The notes under the pieces were generated by a model. That model was not told the origin of the DNA. It ran no database searches and saw nothing but the letters and a program-made list of their open reading frames with translations. A DNA stretch of 49,490 nt. Source: an uncultured Albidovulum sp. GTDB lineage: Bacteria; Pseudomonadota; Alphaproteobacteria; Rhodobacterales; Rhodobacteraceae. The position numbers were made by a program, and so were the translations under genes. Position 1 is the stretch's first letter. Each line of letters starts with the position of its first letter. Positions 35,508 through 44,700 of this stretch are shown piece by piece. The DNA lies in the NCBI GenBank assembly GCA_964532985.1, contig CAZHIL010000522.1, positions 1 through 49,490 on the forward strand, in the 5' to 3' direction.

Positions 35508-36319
35508 CAGTTTTCTCCTTCTTTTTTAGACAATTTTCCTACCGGATAGCGGGAATGCATGCCAGTAGGTTCTACATCTACGCTGTGTGACTCGACGAGT
35601 CGCACATCGTAGGAATAGAATTCGCTGAGATAAACGGCTTCCACTGCCTCTACGAGCAGGCCGGTTGCGTCGTAGCTGCGTCTGAAGATCACCATCACCG
35701 GAGTAATCTCCTCCACTTGCAAGTGCTCAGCATCCTCGGGGCCTGCGAGCCGGGACGAGATACGTTCATGCGCTTCTACAACTTTGAAACCACCCGTTTC
35801 CAGTGATTTGTAGAGTGAGAAATCAGGATCGTTTCTAAGTTCTTCTCCGAATTCGCCAAACGGCTTCAGATTGTTCGCAACCGTCTGCGGGATGATTGAG
35901 CGGTGAACTGCGTAAGGCACTCCTTCAATGTTGCGTAGACGTTCAATATATATTGCTGGCGTATCGCAGTGGAACTGCCGCGCCCGTCCTTGCGATGCTT
36001 GCTTGAATGCAAGTAATACCTGTTGTGATTTCAATCCTTTTGCTGATGCCGATTGGGTGAAGCTTAAGAGCTTACCAGACTGGCGTTGCAACGACGGTCT
36101 GGAAACAAAACTCCCGATTCCCTGTCGGCGATGAATGATCTCATCCGCCACCAGTTTCTCGATGGCCCTGACGACCGTGCCGCGACTGACGCCATTGGCC
36201 GAACATAGTTCAGATTCGCTGGGAAGCCGATCACCGGGCTTGAATTCTCCATCCAGTATCCGCCGACGCAGAACATCAGCAAGGATAATGTAACGAGGGG
36301 GATATGAAAATTGTTCCAT
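35507..36319 (-). CDS. GntR-family transcriptional regulator, HutC subfamily (wHTH plus UTRA domain)
   Basis: The N-terminus reads LPSESELCSANGVSRGTVVRAIEKLVADEII. The C-terminal ~150 aa are UTRA-like. Its stop overlaps the start of the binding-protein gene (TGATG). Confidence 0.9.
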   Translation of the reverse strand: MEQFSYPPRYIILADVLRRRILDGEFKPGDRLPSESELCSANGVSRGTVVRAIEKLVADEIIHRRQGIGSFVSRPSLQRQSGKLLSFTQSASAKGLKSQQVLLAFKQASQGRARQFHCDTPAIYIERLRNIEGVPYAVHRSIIPQTVANNLKPFGEFGEELRNDPDFSLYKSLETGGFKVVEAHERISSRLAGPEDAEHLQVEEITPVMVIFRRSYDATGLLVEAVEAVYLSEFYSYDVRLVESHSVDVEPTGMHSRYPVGKLSKKEGEN

Positions 36320-36337
36320 AACAACAGGATAGCATGA

Positions 36338-36355
36338 TCAGTCGACTAGTCAAGT
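36338..36355. promoter_or_regulatory. Candidate GntR/HutC operator: overlapping 8-bp palindromes AGTCGACT and GACTAGTC
   Basis: The sequence atcAGTCGACTAGTCaag lies 19-36 nt upstream of the GntR start codon (36319, minus strand). HutC-type operators are short GT..AC-containing palindromes. The function is inferred. Confidence 0.3.
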
Positions 36356-36932
36356 AAAATCTTGCAGAAAGATCCAGTAATCCCTGTTAAAATCCTGTTT
36401 CCCCATAAATAAGGGCTATTCCAACATTGTCGGAATCAGTTTTGGTAAGCCCTTGCAAACAGGTTTTTGCCAATTTTGAATGATTCGGTTATCATCTGTT
36501 TCAACAAAAAATTTTACAAATAATAATTACGAGCAGTTTCATGACCTATCACACCCTTCGGCGTCACCTGTTCCTAAAGGGTATCCTTGATGGTGTCTTT
36601 TTGGTTTTCAGGAAGGTGTTGCTTTTCAACGAGGGCGATCGCACTTAAATCTCAAAATGCCTTTTTGCATGAAAATCAATTCATTTTGGGGGTATTCACG
36701 AATGAATTTGGTTTCATATTCTTATTTTGAAGTCAATCACCTGAAATTTTATACGATGTTCATTTGATATATCTGAGAATCACTCAATAACATTCATGCC
36801 TAATCTCAAGTGCTATAGCCCTGTCCTTCAAATATGGTCAAATCACGAATTGATGTTGTACGAGGCATAAAATACCTTGTATAATTTGATAAGCTTAAAA
36901 CCGACTAAATTTTGACCCGGTTTGAGGAATGA

Positions 36933-37997
36933 ATGCAAAGGTATCATAGTCTTGATTTTCTAAGAGCTTTCGCAATGCTGTTGGGATTAGCTGTTCATGC
37001 ACCTCTAATTTATTACTATCCAGGTGTTGCCGCAGAACTCGGGATCAAGAATATACAAGAGCCAGAATTATGGGTGTGGCTTATGTTGGGGTTCATTACA
37101 AGTTGGCGAATGCCTTTGTTTTTCCTTCTTGCTGGCTTTTTTTCCATTCTGGTTATTCAAAAAAGAGGCTCACGCAGGTTTTTGGGTGATCGTATGGTAA
37201 GAATTGGCATAACATTGTTGTTGTTTGCTTTTTTGTACGATTACACCGATGGAAGGCTGGATTTCACCTTGGGGCATCTATGGTTTCTGTATTATTTACT
37301 GTTCTTTTGCATGATCTTCGTAATTTTGTACCATTTTCCTCGCTTCAAGGGTCTTTATTCCAAACAACTGTCATCAATATTGCTTCTTGTCATCGCATTG
37401 TGTTTAATTTTGACTGTACCACTTGCAGGTTTGCTCAATGTCAATTGGGACCCTTATACCTTTCTTTCGCCACCTGAAAGGTATGGGGACATAAAACCCG
37501 GCAATTTTGTTTACTATCTTGCTTATTTTCTTGCAGGGACAGTACTCTATGCAAATCAAAAAATCTTCACCTTGATGGCTAGAAACAAACCCCTTCTATC
37601 AATAGCCTTTTTTGCAATTGTGGTCATGATACTGCAATTGGTTGTGGAAACGGATTTCAGATTGCATTTAATGCTTAAGGGAATGAGTTCACTATTTTGG
37701 TGTTTGTTATTCATCGGTCTCGCCACAAAAACGATACTATCCCGAAATGCCATTCTTGATTGGCTCGTTGAACTATCTTATCCAATATATCTTTTTCATC
37801 TACTAGCCATAATCGTACTCAGTGGAGAGTTTTACAAAGCGGGTTTTAGTCAAGTGAATGTATTTCTGCTTTCAATTGCTTTTGGTTTTGTATCAAGTGT
37901 CATCATGTATTACCTGTTCGTTAAATACACTCCCCTCAGTTGGCTGATTAATGGTTATCATAAATCATACCTTAAGTTTAATCCCAGGAAAATCTGA
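36933..37997 (+). CDS. Acyltransferase family 3 integral membrane protein
   Basis: The N-terminus YHSLDFLRAFAMLLGLAVH is the hallmark start of acyltransferase_3/OpgC-like proteins. It has ~10 TM segments. Confidence 0.8.
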   Translation: MQRYHSLDFLRAFAMLLGLAVHAPLIYYYPGVAAELGIKNIQEPELWVWLMLGFITSWRMPLFFLLAGFFSILVIQKRGSRRFLGDRMVRIGITLLLFAFLYDYTDGRLDFTLGHLWFLYYLLFFCMIFVILYHFPRFKGLYSKQLSSILLLVIALCLILTVPLAGLLNVNWDPYTFLSPPERYGDIKPGNFVYYLAYFLAGTVLYANQKIFTLMARNKPLLSIAFFAIVVMILQLVVETDFRLHLMLKGMSSLFWCLLFIGLATKTILSRNAILDWLVELSYPIYLFHLLAIIVLSGEFYKAGFSQVNVFLLSIAFGFVSSVIMYYLFVKYTPLSWLINGYHKSYLKFNPRKI

Positions 37998-38218
37998 TAA
38001 TGGGTAAGAAAACAACTGGGTCGTTGGGTGGAATTTGATGCCCAATTGGAATATGAATTCAGGCGGTATTTCAATCCAGCTTAATCGGATTTTGAAATTG
38101 ATGAATGGTTGACTGACAAAACCTTGGGTTTTGCTCTTACAACAATCTGGAAAAAAATGTTGAAAAGGTTATCTAATCTTAATAGGCAGTAGTTTCGAAT
38201 TTTAGTTAGGAGAAAAGT

Positions 38219-38818
38219 ATGACATTTAAATTACCCGAACTTCCCTATTCACATGGCGACCTTGCCAATGGAGGTATGTCCCAGGAGACTTTGGAATATC
38301 ACCACGGTCTACATCATAATGCCTACGTGGAAAACGGAAACAAGTTGATTGCCGGGACCGAATGGGAAAACAAATCACTTGAAGAAATAGTGGTCGGTAC
38401 CTATCAAAGTGGAGCCGTTGCTCAGAATGGTATTTTCAACAATGCGTCCCAACACTGGAACCATTGTCAGTTTTGGGAAATGATGGGACCAGAAAATTCG
38501 GCGATGCCATCCGAACTGGAATCAGCCATCGTCGATAATTTTGGTTCAGTGGATTCTTTCAAGGAAAACTTTGTAGCATCTGGTGTTGGACAATTTGGTT
38601 CCGGCTGGGTCTGGCTGGTCAAGGATAAAGATGGATCCCTCAAAATAACCAAAACCGAGAATGGGGTTAATCCTCTCTGCTTTGGACAAACTGCCATGCT
38701 GGGATGTGATGTCTGGGAACATTCCTATTACATTGATTTCAGAAACAAGCGACCGGCTTATTTGACCAATTTCCTTGATAACCTTGTCAATTGGGAAAAC
38801 GTGGCAAGCAGGATGTAA
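38219..38818 (+). CDS. sodB: Superoxide dismutase, Fe/Mn family (Fe-type-like)
   Basis: It has FKLPELPYSHGDL...LEYHHGLHHNAYV, FNNASQHWNH and DVWEHSYYIDFRN. An AGGAGA RBS is present. Confidence 0.9.
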   Translation: MTFKLPELPYSHGDLANGGMSQETLEYHHGLHHNAYVENGNKLIAGTEWENKSLEEIVVGTYQSGAVAQNGIFNNASQHWNHCQFWEMMGPENSAMPSELESAIVDNFGSVDSFKENFVASGVGQFGSGWVWLVKDKDGSLKITKTENGVNPLCFGQTAMLGCDVWEHSYYIDFRNKRPAYLTNFLDNLVNWENVASRM

Positions 38819-38857
38819 ATTTAAATCAAACCCTTTCCAACATAAGTCATAATCAAG

Positions 38858-39802
38858 ATGAGAGAGGGTAGCAAGGGTGTACTGGCCATGGCTTTGGCCA
38901 GTACAATTTGGGGATTCACCGGATATTATTTCAAGTTGCTTGACCAGGCGTCCCATTGGGAAGTTTTGGCCCATAGAATTTGTTGGTCACTGTTAACATT
39001 CCTGTTAATTATATTCCTTCGAAAAAAGGTCAGGGAATTCCTGTTACTGCTATTTTCCGACATACGAACCACAATCAAGTTCTTTTTCGGTAGTACGATG
39101 ATTACCTTGAACTGGATAATATTCCTGTTTGCTGTTCAAAACGGTTATGCCACCGAAGCAAGCCTGGGGTACTTTATTTTCCCTCTCACAGCTGTCCTGG
39201 TGGGATCCATTTTTCTGAAGGAAAAATTTACACGTTGGCAGTGGATTGCTTTGGGAATAGCAACTATAGGGGTGGGAATACTGACAATCAGCAAGGGGGT
39301 CCTCCCCTGGATACCATTAAGTTTGGCAATTACCTTCTTGGCATACGGTCTTGTAAAGAAAAATCTGACAGTAGATCCTATCATGTCCGTTACGACTGAT
39401 GTACTTCTTGTAGCGCCTATTGCCTTCGGTTTTTTGGTTTATGTACATTTGTTTGGTGTCGAGGTAGTGGATGCCAAGTCGGTTGGTTTTTTTGGTATCG
39501 ATCCCTTTTATACAGCCATGTACTTATTTTCCGGCTTGTTTACTGCAGGACCCTTGATCCTGCTCACCTATTCGACGTCTCGAATAAAATATACCGAGGT
39601 CGGATTGATCCAGTATCTCAACCCAACCTTGCAGTTTCTGCTGGCAACTCTTGTTATCGGTGAGGTTGTTTCCAAAGCAACGTTGTTATGCTTTTGCTTT
39701 ATCTGGATAGCACTTGCTATCTATTCGTTTGAGCAACTGCGCCTTGAAAGGGATTCCCGTAATCGAGATATCAAATCAGGCAAAGTTTTTTCAACCGAAT
39801 AG
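38858..39802 (+). CDS. rarD: EamA/RarD-family transporter
   Basis: It has ten TM segments. The N-terminus GVLAMALASTIWGFTGYYFKLL...EVLAHRICWS matches the RarD pattern. Confidence 0.75.
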   Translation: MREGSKGVLAMALASTIWGFTGYYFKLLDQASHWEVLAHRICWSLLTFLLIIFLRKKVREFLLLLFSDIRTTIKFFFGSTMITLNWIIFLFAVQNGYATEASLGYFIFPLTAVLVGSIFLKEKFTRWQWIALGIATIGVGILTISKGVLPWIPLSLAITFLAYGLVKKNLTVDPIMSVTTDVLLVAPIAFGFLVYVHLFGVEVVDAKSVGFFGIDPFYTAMYLFSGLFTAGPLILLTYSTSRIKYTEVGLIQYLNPTLQFLLATLVIGEVVSKATLLCFCFIWIALAIYSFEQLRLERDSRNRDIKSGKVFSTE

Positions 39803-40308
39803 AGTTTTTGACTATCGGCATCGGCGAATTCATTATCGACAATGTTATCCACCAGATTTGGAATATTATCCCAATAACCCTCAAAACTGAAGAGTATTAC
39901 AGGTTTGTCATGCCATCCTAGTTGTTTCCAGGTCAACACTTCAAAAAATTCTTCGAGTGTACCGATACCACCCGGTAAAACGACAATGGCATCGGAACAG
40001 TTGAACATAACGCTCTTTCGTTCCTGAATGGTTGTTGTCTTGATGGTATAATAAAGATTGGGTAGAACCTCTTCCGGAAAACGTGAAGGTATAACACCTA
40101 TAACCTTTCCCCCGGCATCTATTGCAGCTTGGGCAACTGTTCCCATTAATCCGGAACTTCCGGCGCCATAAAGCAAGGTCCAACCCTCAGAGGCGAATGC
40201 CGAGCCGATCTCTTGTGCTATTGTGACAAACCCAGTTTTTTTACCTGGTCTTGAGCCGCAGAACACACATATGGTTCTTTCGGTTTTTGTGATTTTATTC
40301 TTTTTCAT
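39721..40308 (-). CDS. LOG-family protein (TIGR00730; nucleotide 5'-monophosphate phosphoribohydrolase-like)
   Basis: It has ICVFCGS, YGAGSSGLMG and the PGGIGTLEE motif. Confidence 0.85.
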   Translation of the reverse strand: MKKNKITKTERTICVFCGSRPGKKTGFVTIAQEIGSAFASEGWTLLYGAGSSGLMGTVAQAAIDAGGKVIGVIPSRFPEEVLPNLYYTIKTTTIQERKSVMFNCSDAIVVLPGGIGTLEEFFEVLTWKQLGWHDKPVILFSFEGYWDNIPNLVDNIVDNEFADADSQKLYSVEKTLPDLISRLRESLSRRSCSNE

Positions 40309-40398
40309 ATTTATTATCTGTTAAATGGTGTAATTAGGTCAGGTAAGATTATTTTGCAAAATGTATGTAACACACCAAAGGGTATAAAGAATTAGAGC

Positions 40399-41709
40399 AT
40401 GGCAGACAACTCATCCTACTCAAATAGAAATATTGTAATTGGGATTATTGCCCTTGTTATAATTATGCTTCTGGTATTTTTCCTGACAAGGGAGCAGGAA
40501 GATTTGGTCACACCACCTGAAGAACCTATTGCTACTGAACCTGAAGAAGTATCCGAACCTGAAGTAAAGGAAGACCAGGCCGGAGAGGAAACCGTTGAAT
40601 CCCAACCCACTGAGGAACCTGCCGCGAAAGAGCCTGTGGAAGTAAAGGAGGAAGATCCAGCACCTGAGGAAGAAGTTCCGTCCAAAGAAGGGACAACTGG
40701 GGAAGTATCCGAACCTGAAGTAAAGGAAGATCAGGCCGGGGAGGAAACAACAGCCCAGAATGAGGTTGTAGAGCAAGAAGAGATATCCCAGGATGTGTCC
40801 GAACAGGAAGCTGAAGCCGTATCCGAATTGGAGATTGATGGTAAGGAGGTTCCCCTGCAAATTATTCCACCAACAATTGATGTAGCCAACTTCTCCAGGG
40901 ATGGCGCATCGGTAATTGCCGGAAGGTCTTCACCTGAAATACAGGTAAGGGTTTTGGCAAATTCCATTTCGGTGGCTGAGGAAAAGACAACCCCTAGTGG
41001 TGAATTTACCGCAATTTTTTCATTGGAATTATCTCCTGAGCCAATCGAGATAAAGTTGGCAGCGGTTTCACCCATCGATGGGTCGCTGGTTTATTCCAGG
41101 GAAACTCTTTTCGCGATGCTGCTCGTAGATCAGGATGAAAGTGGGGCCGATAAAATCGAACAGATTCAGATTGCCGAGTTAGAGGAAGGCATTGTTGTAA
41201 GTTCTCCTGATAACGAACTTTTACTTGAGGTTGTTACCTATGAGGATAGTGGTAAAATCAGCCTCTCTGGTAGTGGAGACCCAGATAACGAGGCAAGGAT
41301 TCTACTGGACGGAAATCTCATTCAATCAGAGGACATTACCGAAGAAGGTAAGTGGACAACTGAATTGAGTGAAGTCGAGCCTGGTGACTATTTCCTGACA
41401 ATTGATGAAGTGGGTGATGAAGGGAAGGTGGTTGAAAAGGTAGAAACCCCACTGAGGATTGAACCACCTGAACTTGCCATGGAAGCACAAGAGAAAATTC
41501 AGGAAAATCCAAAACTGGCAACCCTTGTTACAGTGCAAAAGGGATTTACGCTATGGGGTATTTCCAGAAGAAATTATGGGCTGGGCAGACTATATGTAAG
41601 AATCTACAATGCCAACAAGGATCAGATTGATGATCCTGATTTGATTTACCCGGGTCAGATATTTGTCGTACCAGTTGGTGATAGTGAAACAACAGCCCCA
41701 CTGAAATAG
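40399..41709 (+). CDS. Membrane-anchored LysM-domain protein with acidic Pro/Glu-rich repeat region
   Basis: It has an N-terminal TM anchor (IVIGIIALVIIMLLVFFL), repeated VSEPEVKEDQAGEET units, and a C-terminal LysM domain (VTVQKGFTLWGISRRNYG...IYPGQIFVVP). Confidence 0.8.
   Translation: MADNSSYSNRNIVIGIIALVIIMLLVFFLTREQEDLVTPPEEPIATEPEEVSEPEVKEDQAGEETVESQPTEEPAAKEPVEVKEEDPAPEEEVPSKEGTTGEVSEPEVKEDQAGEETTAQNEVVEQEEISQDVSEQEAEAVSELEIDGKEVPLQIIPPTIDVANFSRDGASVIAGRSSPEIQVRVLANSISVAEEKTTPSGEFTAIFSLELSPEPIEIKLAAVSPIDGSLVYSRETLFAMLLVDQDESGADKIEQIQIAELEEGIVVSSPDNELLLEVVTYEDSGKISLSGSGDPDNEARILLDGNLIQSEDITEEGKWTTELSEVEPGDYFLTIDEVGDEGKVVEKVETPLRIEPPELAMEAQEKIQENPKLATLVTVQKGFTLWGISRRNYGLGRLYVRIYNANKDQIDDPDLIYPGQIFVVPVGDSETTAPLK
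40546..40748. repeat. 47-bp direct repeat (two copies, 156-bp period) within the LysM protein gene
   Basis: The copies at 40546-40592 and 40702-40748 (gaagtatccgaacctgaagtaaaggaaga(c/t)caggccgg(a/g)gaggaaac) differ at 2 positions. Confidence 0.85.
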
Positions 41710-41757
41710 AAATTGCAAAATCCAGGCTGGATAAGCCAACCTGAATATTCAATATAC

Positions 41758-44700
41758 CTAATCTAATTTATTGGTTGGATTGTCCTCGGGCTCAACATCG
41801 AATTCATCAACAGAACCGGTCTCACCTTCAATGATTTCCCCTGGTGTAGGTTCAATCGCCTTGTTGTCCTGGGGCAGGGGCAGGAGAACCTGTTGAAATT
41901 GATCCCAGTCAATATTGATTTGAGGTAAGGATCCTGCCGCAATCCTCAATTTCCGGTCTAGGGAAATGCGACTCTTGGGACCCAGAACCAAAGCTGTCAG
42001 GGAATTGGAAGATGCATAGGCACCCTTGGTCAACCAAATCCTTATGGCAAGCATGGCTGGTGTGAAGGCAAGGGTTAGAAGGACTGAAGTACCAAGACCA
42101 AAGACAACCGCTGTGGCCAATGGCTTCCACCAGATTGAATTCGGCGAATCGATCAAATAACCTCCATTGGCAAAATCAAAGGATATTCCCAACATCATTG
42201 GAGTAAGACCCGCCATTGTAGTTATTGTTGTCAGAAAAACAGGTCTGATTCTGGCCTCTACTGTTCTGATGATTGCTTCAATCCGGGGCATGTAACTTGA
42301 GTATTCATTGTAGGTGTCTATCAAAACAATATTGTGATTAACGACAATGCCAGCCAGGGAAACAATTCCAGTACCGGTCATGATAATTGAGAATGGCTGG
42401 TTCATCACCTGCATTCCGATTAGAACACCGGTAATTGATAAAACGACAGCAAAGAGTACAAGAATTGAATTATAGAAGCTATTGAACTGGGCAAGCAATA
42501 CCCCAAACATCAACCCCAAGGCACCAATGAAGGCAAATAACAGGAATGTTTGGCTTTCGTCCTGTTCAGCCTGATCGCCTGTCCATTCCCAATTTAAGTT
42601 TGGATCTGATCCAAATGTTTCCTCCAGCCATTTATCCAAATAGGCAACCCGTTCGGTCGGTGTAATTGCCTCTCCAAACTCATTGACAAGATCAGGTGTG
42701 AGGCCAGCACTGATTGTGATAAATCTGTCACCATCATGGCGTTGAACCTGATCCAGTTGCTGTACCGGTTCAAAAGTAAGGAAATTTGATACGGGTATCA
42801 AACCGTTAACCGTTCTGACCCTGAGAGTTTCAAGTGTAGTAAGTGTTCTGAATTCCTCTGGGAAACGGACCCTGATATCAATTTCATCAGTCAGGTTATC
42901 CATTCGAATGGTATCCAGAACAACCCCACTTGTTGCCATCCTGATCATGGACCCAACCGAAGCCACATCCGCTCCGAACCTGGCTGCTTTGTCCAGGTCA
43001 ATATCGATTTGCCAGTCAATTCCTGGCAAGGGTCTGGTATCCTCAACAAAAATCAGGGCTTGGGTTTCTTCAAACTTGGACTTGACGATTTCGGTTTTTT
43101 CAAGCAGATCTTCCCAACTTGAGCTCTTTATCCTGAGATTGAGTGGTTTTCCCTGCGAAGGCCCCTGGGCCACCAGGTTGGTATTTGTTCTGATGCCTGG
43201 AATTTGAAGCATGATATCTTCCAGCTTTTCGATGATCAACCGACTGTCCTGAACAGATTCACCCATTGATTGCCGCTCTTCCCATGGATTGAATTCTATT
43301 TGAATCTCCCCAACAGAATCGACGGGGTCCTGGTCAGTGACCCTGAGACCTACATCACCGGAGAATGAAAAAATTGAGCCAATTCCCTCAGTGTCCATGA
43401 TTTCCTTTTCCACCGAGGTAACAAGAAAATCCTTTTCAATCAAGCTCAAGTTGCCTCGGGCAAGAACATTGATGCCTATCATGTCAGGCTCGGCATCGAC
43501 AAAGAAATTGACACCATAATTGTTTTTGGAGTAACTCATGAAGGTAGCTGTAACAAAAGCCAGAGTACCGGCTATCACTACAATCGGCATGATCGGGTTT
43601 CCGACGATCAGTTTGATTATTACTCCCACAATGGTTCGTGATGATCTAGCTGAACTGTAAACGGGAACTTTTTTCCGAAAGACTGATCCCATCAAAATGG
43701 ACATCAACATGACGCTGAGACAAAACCCCAAACCGTTGAGGAAAAGGGTGATCAAGGAAGCGTCTGACTTGTCCATGAAGGAAAGAGTGGTGGTTACCAG
43801 CGATGAGCCGGAAAAAACAACCAGGACAATCGCAATGCAAGTGAGAAATATGCGTAAATAGAAATTCAGGTATCTCAACAAATCCGTCAGTTGGCTCAGT
43901 TTGACTGATATTCTGCCGGCCAATCCGCCGACAACCGGCAGGAAGACAAGGGCAACAACCATGGAGGCAGAAAGTACGAAAATCAGGGTTATCGGCAAGG
44001 TTCCCATGAACTGGCCTGCCATGCCGGGCCAGAACAGCATGGGCAGAAATGCACATAAGGTGGTTGCCGTTGATGAAATGATGGGCCAGAACATTCTTTT
44101 GGCAGCACTTGTATAGGCGTTCATTGGCCCTACACCTTCACGAATCTTCTTGTCACCCAATTCCACGACAACAATGGCACTATCGACAAGCATTCCTACC
44201 GACAGGATCAATCCAAACATGACTATGTTGGATATTGAAATACCCAAAACGGCTAGGAAAATGGAGCAGAGGAGAAAGGATGAGGGAATTGCAAATCCCA
44301 CTAGCAGGGCAGATCTAAAACCAAGCGATGCCAAGATGACGATCATGACCAGGGCGACGGCAGTGAGAACCGCCCCTTCGAGACGCGAAATCATACCCTG
44401 TGTGTAGAAACTTGAATCCTGTACAAAATCCGCAGTAACGGATTTTCTTAATTCTTCAGGAAGGGTTTCCATGAACTTTCTGGTTTCTTCCTTTACCAGA
44501 TCGGCGGTGTCAATTTCATTTGTACCACGGCGCTTGACGATTTGAAGACCAAGTGTAAATTCACCGTTATAACGGGCATACCCGGTCCGGTCTTCGAAGT
44601 TCAACCTTACTTCACCAATGTCTCCAACGGTAATGACCCGGTCCCCATTGATTTTTATCGGGAGGTTTTCAACATCGGAGGGGGTTTGGAATGAAGAAGG

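Noticed and set aside
36541-36648. 35-codon ORF in the intergenic region right of the island, considered as a gene
   Set aside because: It has no RBS and no recognisable motif. It is kept only as a possible gene remnant in the findings.
40416-41075. Several minus-strand ORFs (89, 146, 72 and 114 aa) in the LysM protein gene
   Set aside because: They arise from the repetitive GAA/CCT-rich acidic region, which is open in several frames. They have no independent support.
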